64,000 nucleotides of DNA, from assembly GCF_006345805.1 (NCBI RefSeq), contig NC_043004.1:25544001-25608000 (forward strand). The letters run 5' to 3'. The stretch is from Octopus sinensis. Lineage: Eukaryota. The translations under genes were made by a program, and so were the position numbers. The notes beneath the pieces are model-generated. The model searched no databases, had not been told where the DNA came from, and saw only the letters and a list, made by a program, of their open reading frames with translations. Every line of letters begins with the position of its first letter. Position 1 is the first letter of the stretch. Below are positions 1 to 12,060 of this stretch, piece by piece.

Positions 1-113
1 TGTTCATGTTCAAAAAGTTTTAGACTGTTCAATAAATGTTTATCCTCTTCGGCCCATGACCTAAAGTGTGCTTTCAGATTTGGCTCCCTGTGCGATTGAG
101 TTTGACACCCCTG
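1..113. mobile_element. End of a hAT (Buster/Charlie-like) DNA transposon or MITE
   Basis: Ends ...GAGTTTGACACCCCTG (reverse complement CAGGGGTGTCAAACTC, a Charlie/Buster-type TIR), followed by CTATAAAG, an nnnTAnnn 8-mer. The other end lies outside the window. Confidence 0.5.
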
Positions 114-119
114 CTATAA

Positions 120-255
120 AGGCTACAAGACATGACATAGACAGTTACAATGGAAACTATGAAGCTGTGACCGACAGGAAGAAACACAGCTGATGTTCTG
201 ATTGTGTCTGCACATTGGAATCCATCCAACAGCTGATAAATAAGGCCTTGGCTAT
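120..255 (+). mobile_element. maT/DD37D-like Tc1 transposase 5' fragment
   Basis: Alignable by eye with 25930-26050 and 50570-50610, which belong to the maT-like elements below. Confidence 0.45.
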
Positions 256-464
256 GTGAAACTACTGGAAGGAAAAGAAAACACAATATCCCATCCAGCA
301 GTAACTCTCACCAGCCAGAGTTTGACCAGCCTTCATCCGGTATCTTGGGGAAATTTTGAACCTGGGTTCTCATTTCTAAGGTATTTTTCGATGTTGTTGT
401 TGTTATCATCATCATTATTATTATTACTTGGTGCATGTTATTAATACGTCCAATTGGATTCAGG

Positions 465-590
465 ACATCCGTATACATGAAGCTGACCTTCACTGGACGA
501 TACCTCAACTTCAATTCCCACCATCCATACAGGGTAAAGAGAGGGATTGCTCAGTGCCTAAAACATTGAGCAAAGAATATAAGTAGCGAT
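465..590 (+). mobile_element. Penelope-like element reverse transcriptase C-terminal fragment
   Basis: Translates TSVYMKLTFTGRYLNFNSHHPYRVKRGIAQCLKH*AKNISS, matching the PLE motif SVYRKPT-T-RYL-F-SHHP--K. Confidence 0.7.
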
Positions 591-634
591 CGTGGTTCCG
601 GGTTCAGTCTCATTTATACTGTCTAATATAATCA

Positions 635-965
635 AACAGGCATGGCTGTGTAGTAAGAATTTTGCTTCCTATCCACATTGTTTTGGGTTCAGTCCCACTT
701 AGGCAGGTGTCTTTTGCTATAGCCTTGGGCTGACCAAAGCTTTGTAAGTGGATTTGGTACATGGAAACTGAAGGAAGCCAGTCACTTATGATCATCATCA
801 TCATCATCATTTAATGAGCGTTGTCCATGCTGGCATGGGTATTCCCAACCACTGATTGATAACCAGTGTCGGTGTATTTATGTCCCCATAACTTAACAGT
901 TTGGCAAAAGAGACCAATAGAATAAGTACCAGGGCTGCAGTCTAATAACTGAAACAAATAAAAGA
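635..965 (+). mobile_element. tRNA-derived SINE family A, degenerate and interrupted by a (CAT)n/RTE tail snippet
   Basis: Head GGCATGGCTGTGTAGTAAG...GGGTTCAGTCCCAC; body and tail match the full copies at 6117-6532 and 20260-20673. Confidence 0.65.
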
Positions 966-2717
966 TAAAAGATCAAATTAGTTTTTAAAATACAATTTAC
1001 TCCATATGAAAGAAAAATTTTTCACATCAAAAACATATTTTTCATGTAAAATGCATATTTTTTGCATAATATAATACACCACTTTTGTCGCTCAAGGTAT
1101 AAAGCCATTTTGTATTATTCAGGGTTGTCTACAAAATTTACAAACCACTTAACAATTGTTAATTTAAAAGCAAATAGTTATTATATTAAAATTCAACTTT
1201 TTCATCATTCAAATGCATAAAACTATTTCTTACATTTTATCACATTTTTCCAGTCCCAAACCATTCTTGTATGACTATATTTTCTCCCTGTTTAGGTATT
1301 GAAATCGAATTTTGGGATTTAGCCCCCACCACTCACTGAAATTAGTAATTTTTATTAAAACATGTCCTTTTAACTATTTAAGAGTTCTTTCTTTAGTTTT
1401 TCATGATTTACTTGACAAACCCATTACCACCACCATTGCCATGTTCTTTCAAACAACAATTTTGGCTAACACCTTTGACCATATTTTGTAGCTCAATAGT
1501 TCTACCACTCTTTGACATGCTTATATAATCAAAAAAGCACTGCAGCACTCATGACTTTGGATACATTCTACATGCTCAGAATTGTTGAAGTATTGTATAA
1601 ATTAACTGCCAACATAAATTACTTATGGTATTTGTTATATCCTTCAAAAATACCATGCTTTCCAAAATTCTCTAACACTGTAACTGACTTGCCTATGAAC
1701 CCTTTCCTCTTTATGGCTCTTTTATTGTTCACTTTCTATTTTGTATTTTATTCTGTTATTGTACATCTACTTATAGCTTTCATTGCTGTCTTTCTTTACT
1801 TGATTTATGACTGCTTTCTGTCTTCTCTTTTGCCTTTTGTGACATGTTGTAGGGCTCCTGAGCACTGTATACTATAAATTCATTATCATATAATTAATTG
1901 ACTGGTTCTTGCCAAAACTCACCACAATTAATTAATTTGGAGCTTGGCTTTAACAAGTCAGACTTCAAACTAATTAAATGTGGTGTGCATTGGCAAGATT
2001 CAGTTCATAAAATTGGCAAATCTAGACAGGTTTGTTGGATGTGGTGGGATGTGAGAGGCAATGTCCTGGACAGAGTCCTTCATTGGGGAAAGATATCTTT
2101 GAGGCTTTTACTGGTTTAAGTCCTTCAGTGTGGCCATACAGTAGCACTACAAGTGTTTTATTCTCTTATAAATTTCATTTATTGGACTACAGCCATACTG
2201 GGACACAACATTTGATGTAGTGCCCCAACATGGCTATATTTATTTTATCAGTCTCTGTTTATCCTGTCACTAAATTACAGGACATAAAGGAACATAACAT
2301 AAACAAGACCTGCATTTAGACAAGTAAAAGCATAAGCACACATACAAACATATAAGTAAACAAATACACACTACACAAGCACAATAAATACACATTAAAC
2401 ATGCAACACACATTCACAAACCACACACACACCACACATACACACACTACACACACATACACACCAGACACCCACTACACACACACACCACATATAGATA
2501 TACATACTACACACACATACTCCCCAGACAAACATGTACACACACACACACGCTCACACACACACTCAATCTATAAAAATATTTAATATAGAGATGTTAG
2601 GTATACTTCTCTTCATTTAGAATTGAGAATTTACACAGCTGCTACTCTGAAATTTTGTTTGTAGCCAAAATCTACATAGCTTCTACTCAGAGCTTTCTGA
2701 TGTAGCCAATATTCACA

Positions 2718-3632
2718 TATGCGGTGGTATCAAAGAATTCCTGGACTAGTTATGTTTAATAAAAAAGAACTTATTTACCTAAGTTTTAACATCATCTCCT
2801 TCAAAATAGTCACTTTGCACAGTAATACGGCAGTCCCAGCTTTCCTGCCATTTTTGGAATCTGGCTTGGAAGTCATTTTCCATAAACAAGTCAAGTACTT
2901 TCTGTGATTTACTCTTGACCTTAACAACAATTTTAAAACAGCAACCTTTGAGCTGCATTTTCATCTTGGGGAAGAGAAGAAGACTGCTGGTGCTAAATCT
3001 AGTGAATAGGGCGGGTGTGGAAGCAACACCATGTTGTTTTTGGTGAGAAACTCATGAATGAAGAGAGCTTGATGACAGGGTACATTTTTATCATGAACAA
3101 TCCAATTCTTTACGCTCCACAGATTTGGTTGCTTTCAATGCATGTCCTCCCTCAAATGTTTCAAAATGTCAGTGATTATCCTCTGACGATCCTCATGTGC
3201 AAGCAGATGAATTTTCTTCACATTTCCAGGCTGATGCTCATAGCAAGTTTTCCAGATCTTTTATCATATTCCAGGGATGTCCTGCTTTTGAAGCAGCTGT
3301 ACCACTCAAAACATTGCATACAGCCCATTGCCTTGTTGCTGTAAGCTTGCTGAAGCATGCTCAATGTCTCTGTAGCAGACTTTCCAAATTTAATGCAAAA
3401 GTTCACATTGGCTCTTTGTTCCAACTTCCTGTCCGTGACAAAAAATGGCAGACTACAGCATATGCATGATCACAAAAACTCAAATTTCACAACTTGCAAT
3501 GTAAGCACAGTGATGTCGCTCAGCACCCTGCCTCGTAAAGGTCAATGCTAGCTCTCACTGCACATGCAACCGTGTGCTGCCATCTGTTGGTGCTACATAA
3601 CTAGTGTGGGAACTTTTTGATACCATCTTGTA
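2718..3632 (-). mobile_element. Internally deleted mariner element
   Basis: About 33-bp imperfect TIRs (TATGCGGTGGTATCAAAGAATTCCTGGACTAGTT / AACTAGTGTGGGAACTTTTTGATACCATCTTGTA) with TA ends. HTH N-terminus EQRANVNFCIKFGKSATET (3218-3424) and C-terminus FQKWQESW...YFEGD (2779-2964); catalytic core missing. Confidence 0.85.
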
Positions 3633-3984
3633 GCTACTACAGGCAAGTTTCATACCAGTGACACCATTGATTTTACTTATTTATCTAACTGAAACTAACA
3701 CTAAGAACTTCTCTTTCATCTAATCTTGGAGTGCACCTGTCTACACCTGAATCATCATGAACTTTCACCTTCTGGATCTTTCTAGGTTTCCTGCTGTATT
3801 TCTATATATAGTTATATATTTATCTTCAATACAAAATAAGTTATGAAATGATATAATACCATGAGACTGCCTGTTCATAAATTGTTTGATTATACCTACA
3901 TCAGCTCAACCAATACATTACCTATACCCAGCTCTTATTCATGTGGATCTTGCATCACTATACTTAACATCAGAATTTAGGCAA

Positions 3985-4175
3985 TTTGTTCAATAAAATC
4001 GTCATTGGCTTCAACCATGGCCTCCTGATGACTTTAGAATCTCCTGCAACTCTTCTGGATAGTCTCTTTGTTTAAGTTGGTGAATGCTGCCATAATCCTT
4101 GCCTTCAGTTCATCTTTGGTATTGCATGGAGTTTTGTTGGTCTCTCACTCAACTGCTCCCTTAGAGATTACCCTG
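3985..4175 (-). mobile_element. maT/DD37D-like transposase 3' fragment
   Basis: Minus strand reads NTKDELKARIMAAFTNLNKETIQKSCRRF...EANDDFIE*, near-identical to the C-terminus at 58480-58662. Confidence 0.75.
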
Positions 4176-4177
4176 AA

Positions 4178-5198
4178 ATTGGAAAAACAAAATGAACATT
4201 ATCAATTTCACATGCTTTTATATTTTAAAAATGCAAGAAAGTGGCAGAATCCTGCAGGAAGATATTCCCTGTGAATGGAAAGGATACTATTACAGAACAT
4301 GTGTCAAGTGGTTTTCAAGATTTCAATAAGGAAATTTTTTGGTTCAATATGCATTTTGCTCTGGCTGGCCAACTGAGATTAACAGTGACACTAACATCTG
4401 TTACATGACCAGGATGATCTAGATATTCTCCAAATATCCAAATTAAGTGTTGAAAAACCATCTGCATCAACTCAGATACATTAGCAAGCTCAATGTGAGG
4501 GTCCTACATCAATTGAATGTGGATAACCTTGCCCAACAAATTTCCATCTGTGATTCAATGTAGAAACATAAAGAAAATTACCCTCTTCTGAAGAGAATGG
4601 TGACAGGGGATGGTGAACTGGTAAGAGAATGGTGAAGTGCAAGCAGTCATGGGAGAAGTGCAGTAAATCACTGCAAACAACCTCAAGAGCAGGACTTCAC
4701 TTGAAAAAGGTTATGCCTTCAATTTGGTGGATTGGAAGGGTTTTGTCTTTTATGAGCTTCTTTCCACAGACAGATCTGTCAACTTGGATATTTACAACCA
4801 GCTGGACAAAAATTAAATGCAGCAATCCACCAGAAGTGTCCAGTGCTTGCTAATCATAAAGGCATTGTCTTTTATCCTGACAATGCCAGACTGCACAGTT
4901 CTTTACAGATGCAGCAGAAGATACTGGGATTTGGCTGGGAAGTTTTGCTGCACTCTCCATATTTGCATAACGTTGTGCTTTCAGACTTGCACCTGTTTCA
5001 GTCTCTTAAAAATTTATTGAATGGACAAACCTTCCATTAAAGACAGGTAACACTTTGAGCAAGGAATAATGGATCTACCCACAAGATGACAGTAGATACT
5101 TGAATGAAACAGTAATTATAAATTGCTTTTTGTTTAAAACGTGTCTTATTTTCACTTAATAAAAAAAAAACTGAATGGACTTTTTAGCCAACTCAATA
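4178..5198 (+). mobile_element. Decayed mariner (mellifera-like) element
   Basis: Frameshifted remnants EHYQFHMLLYF, ISICDS, LKRMVTGD, KKVMPSIWW, FYPDNARLH, LHSPY..SDLHLFQSL; 3' TIR-like ACTTTTTAGCCAACTCAATA. Confidence 0.8.
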
Positions 5199-5732
5199 TA
5201 TATCCCTGCTCCTGTTTATTGTACACACACACACACACACACACATAAAAACAAAGCTGTTTAACTATACGTGTCTCTCCTACCAGCAGTTAGTCATCAT
5301 TTGTACGATGTACAAAGACATAGGTTGAAGCTGCTGTAATTGTTTAGTGACCAATATCACAGCTTGTTGAGTCATAGCTGCTCTTGTCAACTTGCTATTG
5401 ATTTTAGTTCAAATATAATCAGTTTATTAACATATGAGTGTGTGCGTGTGTGTGTGTGCGCACGTGTGCATGTGCTTGTATATATATTAATACATATTGC
5501 CTCATTCATTCAAACTCAGCTATTCTTTAAAATAATACTTTCTTGTTTGTTCTGCCCTTGAAACGACTAACCTTGATTCTTGGCTGCATGTACATAACAT
5601 ATTTCATACTTTTCTCTGAAATAATTCTTTCTTGTTTGCTCTACCCCTTAAAATGGCCGATTAATTCATCAAATAACTTCCAAATAGCAATCTTTCTCTC
5701 TAAAATAACAATCCCTTCCCTTGTTTCTTGAC

Positions 5733-5767
<35 letters not shown>

Positions 5768-6116
5768 TTCGAACTGTTCACTAAAATACTTTCGTCCCTA
5801 TCTGTATCTCTCTTATTTCTTGCTTCAGTGGCTACTCCCTGCTATTTCTCTTCTAGCTTAGGGCAAAGTCTGCCATCTTTGCCATTTCTAGCTGTACCCT
5901 CCACACCTGTCCCTCCCCCCTCTAACTCAGACTTTTGTTAGCTTATTCCATGTGTTTGGCTGATTGATGACTCTTGAAAATATGCAGAGCTAAGCTAAGA
6001 ATTTCTCTTGTTTTTTAATCGCCTTATTCATTGAAACTCATCTATTCTCTAAAATAATTCTTTCTTGTCTGTTGTGCACCTAAAATGACTAACTTTGTTT
6101 CTTGGCTACATGTATA

Positions 6117-6532
6117 CTCTTTTTCTTTTTACTCTTTTACTTGTTTCAGTCATTTGACTGCGGCCATGCTGGAGCACCGCCTTTAGTCGAGCAAATCGAC
6201 CCCGGGACTTATTCTTTGTAAGCCCAGTACTTATTCTATCAGTCTCTTTTGCCGAACCGCTAAGTTACGGGGACGTAAACACACCAGCATCAGTTGTCAA
6301 GCAATGCTAGGGGAACAAACACAGACACACAAACATATTCACACACCCTTATATATATATACATATATACGATGGGCTTCTTTCAGTTTCCGTCTACCAA
6401 ATCCACTCACAAGGCATTGGTCGGCCCGGGGCTATAGCAGAAGACACGTGCCCAAGATGCCACGCAGTGGGACTGAACCCGGAACCATGTGGTTGGTTAG
6501 CAAGCTACTTACCAAACAGCCACTCCTGCACC
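6117..6532 (-). mobile_element. Full-length tRNA-derived SINE family A
   Basis: tRNA-like head, CORE-like CTTGGGCA motif and (TTTTAC)-type tail. Flanked by TGTATA (6111-6116 / 6533-6538), splitting a local repeat unit seen intact at about 5580. Confidence 0.85.
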
Positions 6533-6656
6533 TGTATATAACATATTTCATACTTTTCTCAAAAATAATTCTTTTTCGTGTCCATGGTTGCATCCACCCT
6601 TTCCCACCCCTGCCACCAATACCAGAAATCTCTCTTACCTGACATCCATCATCATT

Positions 6657-6689
<33 letters not shown>

Positions 6690-6839
6690 TTACCTGACAT
6701 CCAGTTACCGTTCCCCTCTCTCATCTGATATTGGTAATCTTGCCACCCTTTCCTTTGTCTCCCACCCACCATCCCTGGACTAACTAAACCAGATAGCAGC
6801 CCACTTACTCTCTCTCTCTCTCTCTCTTTACTTTTATAT

Positions 6840-7090
6840 CTGCAGCATCAGTAATGCTTACACCCACAATGCTCATAACACTTATATTTACAACACCCCA
6901 TGATAGATCGTTAGCCACTACACACATTTTTTCTCTCCTTGTTTTTTCTGTGTACCTTTCAATAGAAGAGCGTAGGCTCGAAACGTAAAAGACTTTTTCT
7001 ATTCCTGAGCATTATACTAATACATCTGTTTGTTTTGTACACCACCTCTCTTCGTCTTTTGTTTTTTTTGTAAACTTTCCCTATATATAT
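6840..7090 (+). mobile_element. Penelope-like element terminal (pLTR/3') region with a hammerhead-like motif
   Basis: Contains GAAGAGCGTAGGCTCGAAACGT, the kind of stem-GAAAC motif found in PLE terminal repeats. No ORF. Confidence 0.45.
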
Positions 7091-7112
7091 ATATATATAC
7101 ACACATACACAC

Positions 7113-7144
<32 letters not shown>

Positions 7145-7165
7145 CGCCCTGCTACACACCAGTAT

Positions 7166-8215
7166 CATTCGTGATCTACTTTTTGCAGGTGATGCTGCAC
7201 TTGTAGTGACATCTTCAGAGGAAGCTGAGGAACTTCTAGATCAGTTTTCTACTCCATGTAAAGCCTTTGGTTTGGCCATCAGTATAAAGAAGACAGAAGT
7301 AATCCACTAATCTTGCTCTACTCCTAAACAGATTCATGGTGTCAAGCAGAAGCTACCGGTTCACAATTTTCCTGATACTCCTATACAGGTTGATGGGAAA
7401 AACCTAAATTATGTGAAGTCATTTACACATCTTAGTAGTAAAGTGAATTTGAGCACTTCCCTTGATGATGAAATTGTCAACCCTCTTGCAAAGGCAGTCA
7501 ACACATTTGGCAAAATTCTGTCATCACCTATGGAATGAAAGGGGCATCAAACTTGATGCCAAAGTACAGGTCTATAAAGCAGCCATTCTTACTACTCTTG
7601 TGTATGGTTCAGAATCGTGGATACCCCATAGATGACGCATTAACCAACTAGACATCTTCTACAAAGACTGTCTGAGGATAATCTGCAGTTATTCACTAAA
7701 AGACAAAGATTCTAATGCCAACTTGTATAGCAAGCATAAGATTGGTGGAATTGAGAGTTTCCTTATACAATCATAATTGCCAGGTCATCAGAATGAGTGA
7801 TGAAAGAATACCCAAAGTCCTCATGTATGGCCAGCTTGAGAGTGGACACAGGAATGTTGGTCGACCATGCCCCAGATATAAGCACAAGCTGAAGAGTAAT
7901 CTCTTAGTGATGATGATAGCTCACAACACCTTTGAGTGAACAAAGGTACGACCAAAATGGAAATTGCTGTGTCAAAATGGTAATTAAAAACTTTGTTGCA
8001 ACCAGCATTAACAGGCTTTAGGATGCAAGGCAAAGGAGAAAAGTGGCTGCAAATATATCATCAACACTGACCTGTAATCCCCATAATTGCAACGTTTGTG
8101 GCCTTGTTTGCAAATTGGTGGCGGGACTTAAATGTCACATTCAACATAAGCATTATGACTGACAAAGAAAGAGTATGTTGGAGCTTCATACATCGGAATT
8201 GATGAGAGAGTCCCT
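7166..8215 (+). mobile_element. RTE (BovB-like) LINE 3' half, decayed
   Basis: IRDLLFAGDAALV (degenerate ADD motif), FGLAISIKKTEV, LVYGSESW, MYGQLESGHRNVGRPCPRYKHKLK, and a C-terminal CxxC..H..H remnant. Confidence 0.8.
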
Positions 8216-8230
8216 TATATATATATATAT

Positions 8231-8717
8231 ATGAGTTGAGTGAGAAAAACCTTTTGGATCGCATTTCCATCTGTGATTCGCTTTATAAACGGAATGAAAA
8301 CGCACCTTTTTTAACGCAAATTGTGACAGGTGATGAGAAATGGATTATCTACCGAAATGTTCAGAGAAAGTGATCCTGGAGTAAGCGACATAAGCCACCC
8401 TTAGCCACCCCAAAAGTGGGTCTTCACCCTAAAAAAGTCTTGCTTTGTGTCTGGTGGGATTGGAAAGGAATTCTGTACTATGAACTTCTCCCAAGTAACC
8501 AGACAATTAATTCTGAGAAATACTGCACACAACTGGACGAGTTAAAAGCAGCAATTCAAGAGAAACGTCCAGAATTGGCCAACAGGAAGGGTGTTGTTTT
8601 CCATCATGATAATGCAAGACAGCGCGTTTCTTTGGGAACCAGACAAAAATTGCTGCAGCTCGGCTGGGATGTGTTACCCCAGCCACCAACCATATTCACC
8701 AGATATTGCTCCTTTGG
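8231..8717 (+). mobile_element. Mariner transposase fragment (catalytic region)
   Basis: IVTGDEKW, LHPKKVLLCVWWDWKGILYYELL, FHHDNAR, PYSPDIAP; bounded by (TA)n on both sides. Confidence 0.9.
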
Positions 8718-8722
8718 ATACA

Positions 8723-8784
<62 letters not shown>

Positions 8785-10042
8785 GCATATATATACATAC
8801 AAAAATACCATGTTGTTGATGTTGAAATTCCAATGAAGGAGCCTTGGATCTAGGTTACAAAACCAGCCCTTTCTCTATTGGCAAAAAATCTTGAAGTAAA
8901 ACTGAACAATGACATACATATGCACACATAATAGGCTTCTTTAAGCTTCTGTATATCAAATCCACACGTAAGGCTTTGCTCAACCCACTGCTATAACAGA
9001 AGACACTTGCCTAAGATACCACAAAGTGGGACGAACCTAAAACCATGTTGCTGGGAAGCAAACTGCTTACCACACAACAAAATAATTATGAAATAATATC
9101 AAAGCCAATTTAGTTTCCATTTCTGTTCATGAAATTGTGAGACAGAACTAGGGCAAAATCTACTTAAACTGATAGTATAATCATTGATAGGGGTTAATCT
9201 AGGGATCAACAACTTAATCTACAAGAGGAGGGAACAAGAATTGGCATGAGAGGTCTGGCTTAATGCTATTTCTTTATTGTAGCTGATTAAGCTGGAATAA
9301 GATAAAATTGTATTATCTTTAATTCGCCAGCAGCTTTATGGGTTTTGGAAGATAATGCACCACTACAGTGAGAGCTGAACAATGACAACAACCACAGCAT
9401 CATCATCACCATAACAACAACAACAACAGCAACAGTAGCAGCCATCTAAGAAGAGATTGTTATCAGACAGACAGACATATTTGTGTGTTTAGTGTTAATA
9501 ACTTCTTAAATGAAAGGTAGAGTTTAACATTTCACATGACACAGAACAGTATATGGCAGAAATAGTAAAGCACCACACAAAATGCAGAATCTAAAAATGT
9601 GTAACACCAAAAATACTTTGTGGTATTACACATCTTTAGATTCTACACTCAAATCTCACTGGCACTAATTTTATTTTCCATCCCTTTAAGATCTATAAAA
9701 TAAGAATCAATCAAGTCTTGAGCTAGGGGACAAGTTAATCAGTGATACCCTTCTCTGTCTTTGTAGTTAAAACTATGAACTCAGCGTATGAAACTGAAAC
9801 AGCATTAAATTAAAGTAGCCATCTGTGTATGATCCGTAACATATACACACTGTTTTCCTTCAATGACATGCTATGTTAAAAATACAATATATATTTGAGT
9901 GAAGGAAACCAAAATGCATCTGACATGCCCAGGACTTGTCACAAGGGCAAAGTTTGTCTTAATCTATGTATTGAGTTGTTACTACAGCATGTCTAGGAAG
10001 AGGCAAAAAGCACAGTACTATATATATGTCAGTAGTACATAT

Positions 10043-11100
10043 ATTGGGTTGTCCGGAAAGTTTGTGCCGATTTTGAAAGGAAAGAAAAAGGTCAATAAAT
10101 ACTTGCCATTACATTTGTAATCAACCAAATATAAACCATTTTGTTGCACAATGCGTCTCCATCTTTCCTTTAACTTGAAAATACCCTCTTTCCAGAATTG
10201 AGGTGGTTTCATGGCAAAGAATTCATCAAGGTATCTTTTTATGAACTCAGCGTATGAAACTGAAACAGCATTAAATTAAAGTAGCCATCTGTGTACGATA
10301 CTTAACATATATACACTGTTTTCCTTCAATGACATGCTATGTTAAAAATACAATATATATTTGAGTGAAGGAAACCAAAATGCATCTGACATGCCCAGGA
10401 CTTGTCACAAGGGCAATGATATAATTGCATTTATTAACACAGATGATGTAATTAAACTAAGTGAAAATTAGTGGTGTCATTGATAACTTTTTCCTTACCT
10501 CAATGATGCCGGTGACATATATCAAAAGTCCCCTTATAGAACTATATTCATAAAAAAGTGTAAAACTATATTATCACTCTCAAATTTGAGAAACACTCAT
10601 AACTTTTTTCTTTTAAAACTTCATTGTATGAGATTGATACCATGAAATTCCTCGAATTGAGCTCTATCATTTAAGCTTAATTAAAAAAGAGAAGGGTATC
10701 ACTGATTAACTTGGGATTGAAATTTTTACCATTAAGACGATTCTGCAGAGACCTGAATAAGTGGAAATCCAAAGAAGCAATATCTGGTGAATATGGTGGC
10801 TGGGATAACACATCCCAGCCAAGCTGCAGCAATTTTTGTCTGGTTCCCAAAGAAACGTGCGGTCTTGCATTATCATGATGGAAAACAACACCCTTCCTGT
10901 TGGCCAATTCTGGACATTTCTCTTGAATTGCTGCTTTTAACTCGTCCAGTTGTGTGCAGTATTTCTCAGAATTAATTGTCTGGTTACTTGGGAGAAGTTC
11001 ATAGTACAGAATTCCTTTCCAATCCCACCAGACACAAAGCAAGACTTTTTAGAGTGAAGACCCACTTTTGGGGTGGCTAAGGGTGGTTTATGTCGCTTAC
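10043..11100 (-). mobile_element. Mariner 3' half split by an unrelated block of about 475 bp
   Basis: TIR TATTGGGTTGTCCGGAAAG at 10043; C-terminus KPPQFWKEGIFKLKERW (10110-10240); catalytic part VWWDWKG...HHDNARPH...PYSPDIASLDFHLFRSLQN (10716-11100). Confidence 0.85.
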
Positions 11101-11486
11101 ATGCGGTCTTGCATTATCATGATGGAAAATATTATCAATTGGCTAGTAGAAAACCGCCTGGAAGGTGGTCTTTCTGCTAGTAGATATAATAGAGTTCTTT
11201 CAGTTTCCGTCTACCAAATCCACTCTTTTATTTATACAATTTTTTCATTTCATGTTTATTTCATTCATTGTTTGCAATGTTCTCTCTCTTTCTCTCTCTC
11301 TCTCTCTCACAGATAAAATAATAACAGATAAAATAATGAAAGCAACATTTACTAAGCAAATGAGCCCTATTATACAAAGAAATAATTAGACGTAAAATAT
11401 CATAAAAATTATTAGAATATGTGAAAATATTATCAATTGGCTAGTAGAAAACCGCCTGGCGGGTGGTCTTTCTGCTAGTAGATATA

Positions 11487-11645
11487 ATAGAGTTCTTTCA
11501 GTTTCGGTCTACCAAATCCACTCACAAGGCTTTGATTGGTCCAAGGATATAGTAGAAGACACTTGCCCAAGATGCCATGCAATGGAAGTGAACCCAGAAC
11601 CATGTGGTTGGGAAGCAAACCTCTTACCACACAGCCATGCCTGCT
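11487..11645 (-). mobile_element. SINE family A head (3'-truncated)
   Basis: Matches the 5' 160 bp of the full SINE A copies. Confidence 0.75.
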
Positions 11646-12060
11646 GACTGGAATATAATAAGAGAGATTTATGCATGTATGTGTGTTTATATGCTTGTGT
11701 GTTGTATGTATGTGTGCATAGGGGATGCTATGTAATAAGTGAGGGATTCTCTTACTGTTGGACAATAAATATAAACTCCATGAACCATCAACTTTCTTAA
11801 GGTATTTTCCCTTTCTTCTTTCTTTCTTTCTTTATACAGATAAGGAAATAATTTATTGTCAAACGCAGGATAATGCTAATAATATAGCATGAACAGGATA
11901 AACTACCCATATATTGCAGAAAAATTTATCAAAAGCCAACTACATAGTTCTGCATTTGAGAATAAATTATTTCTTTATCTGTATCTGTATCTTTCATTAC
12001 ATCTCAACGCTTCTAAAGCCAACTTTGTTTGTTTACTTTCATCCAAAGTTGAATTTATTT

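Noticed and set aside
2401-2586. His/Thr-, Tyr/Ile- and Cys/Val-rich ORFs here and at 15148-15795, 17036-17491, 26558-26857, 56436-56884
   Set aside because: Translations of (CA)n, (TA)n and (TG)n microsatellites.
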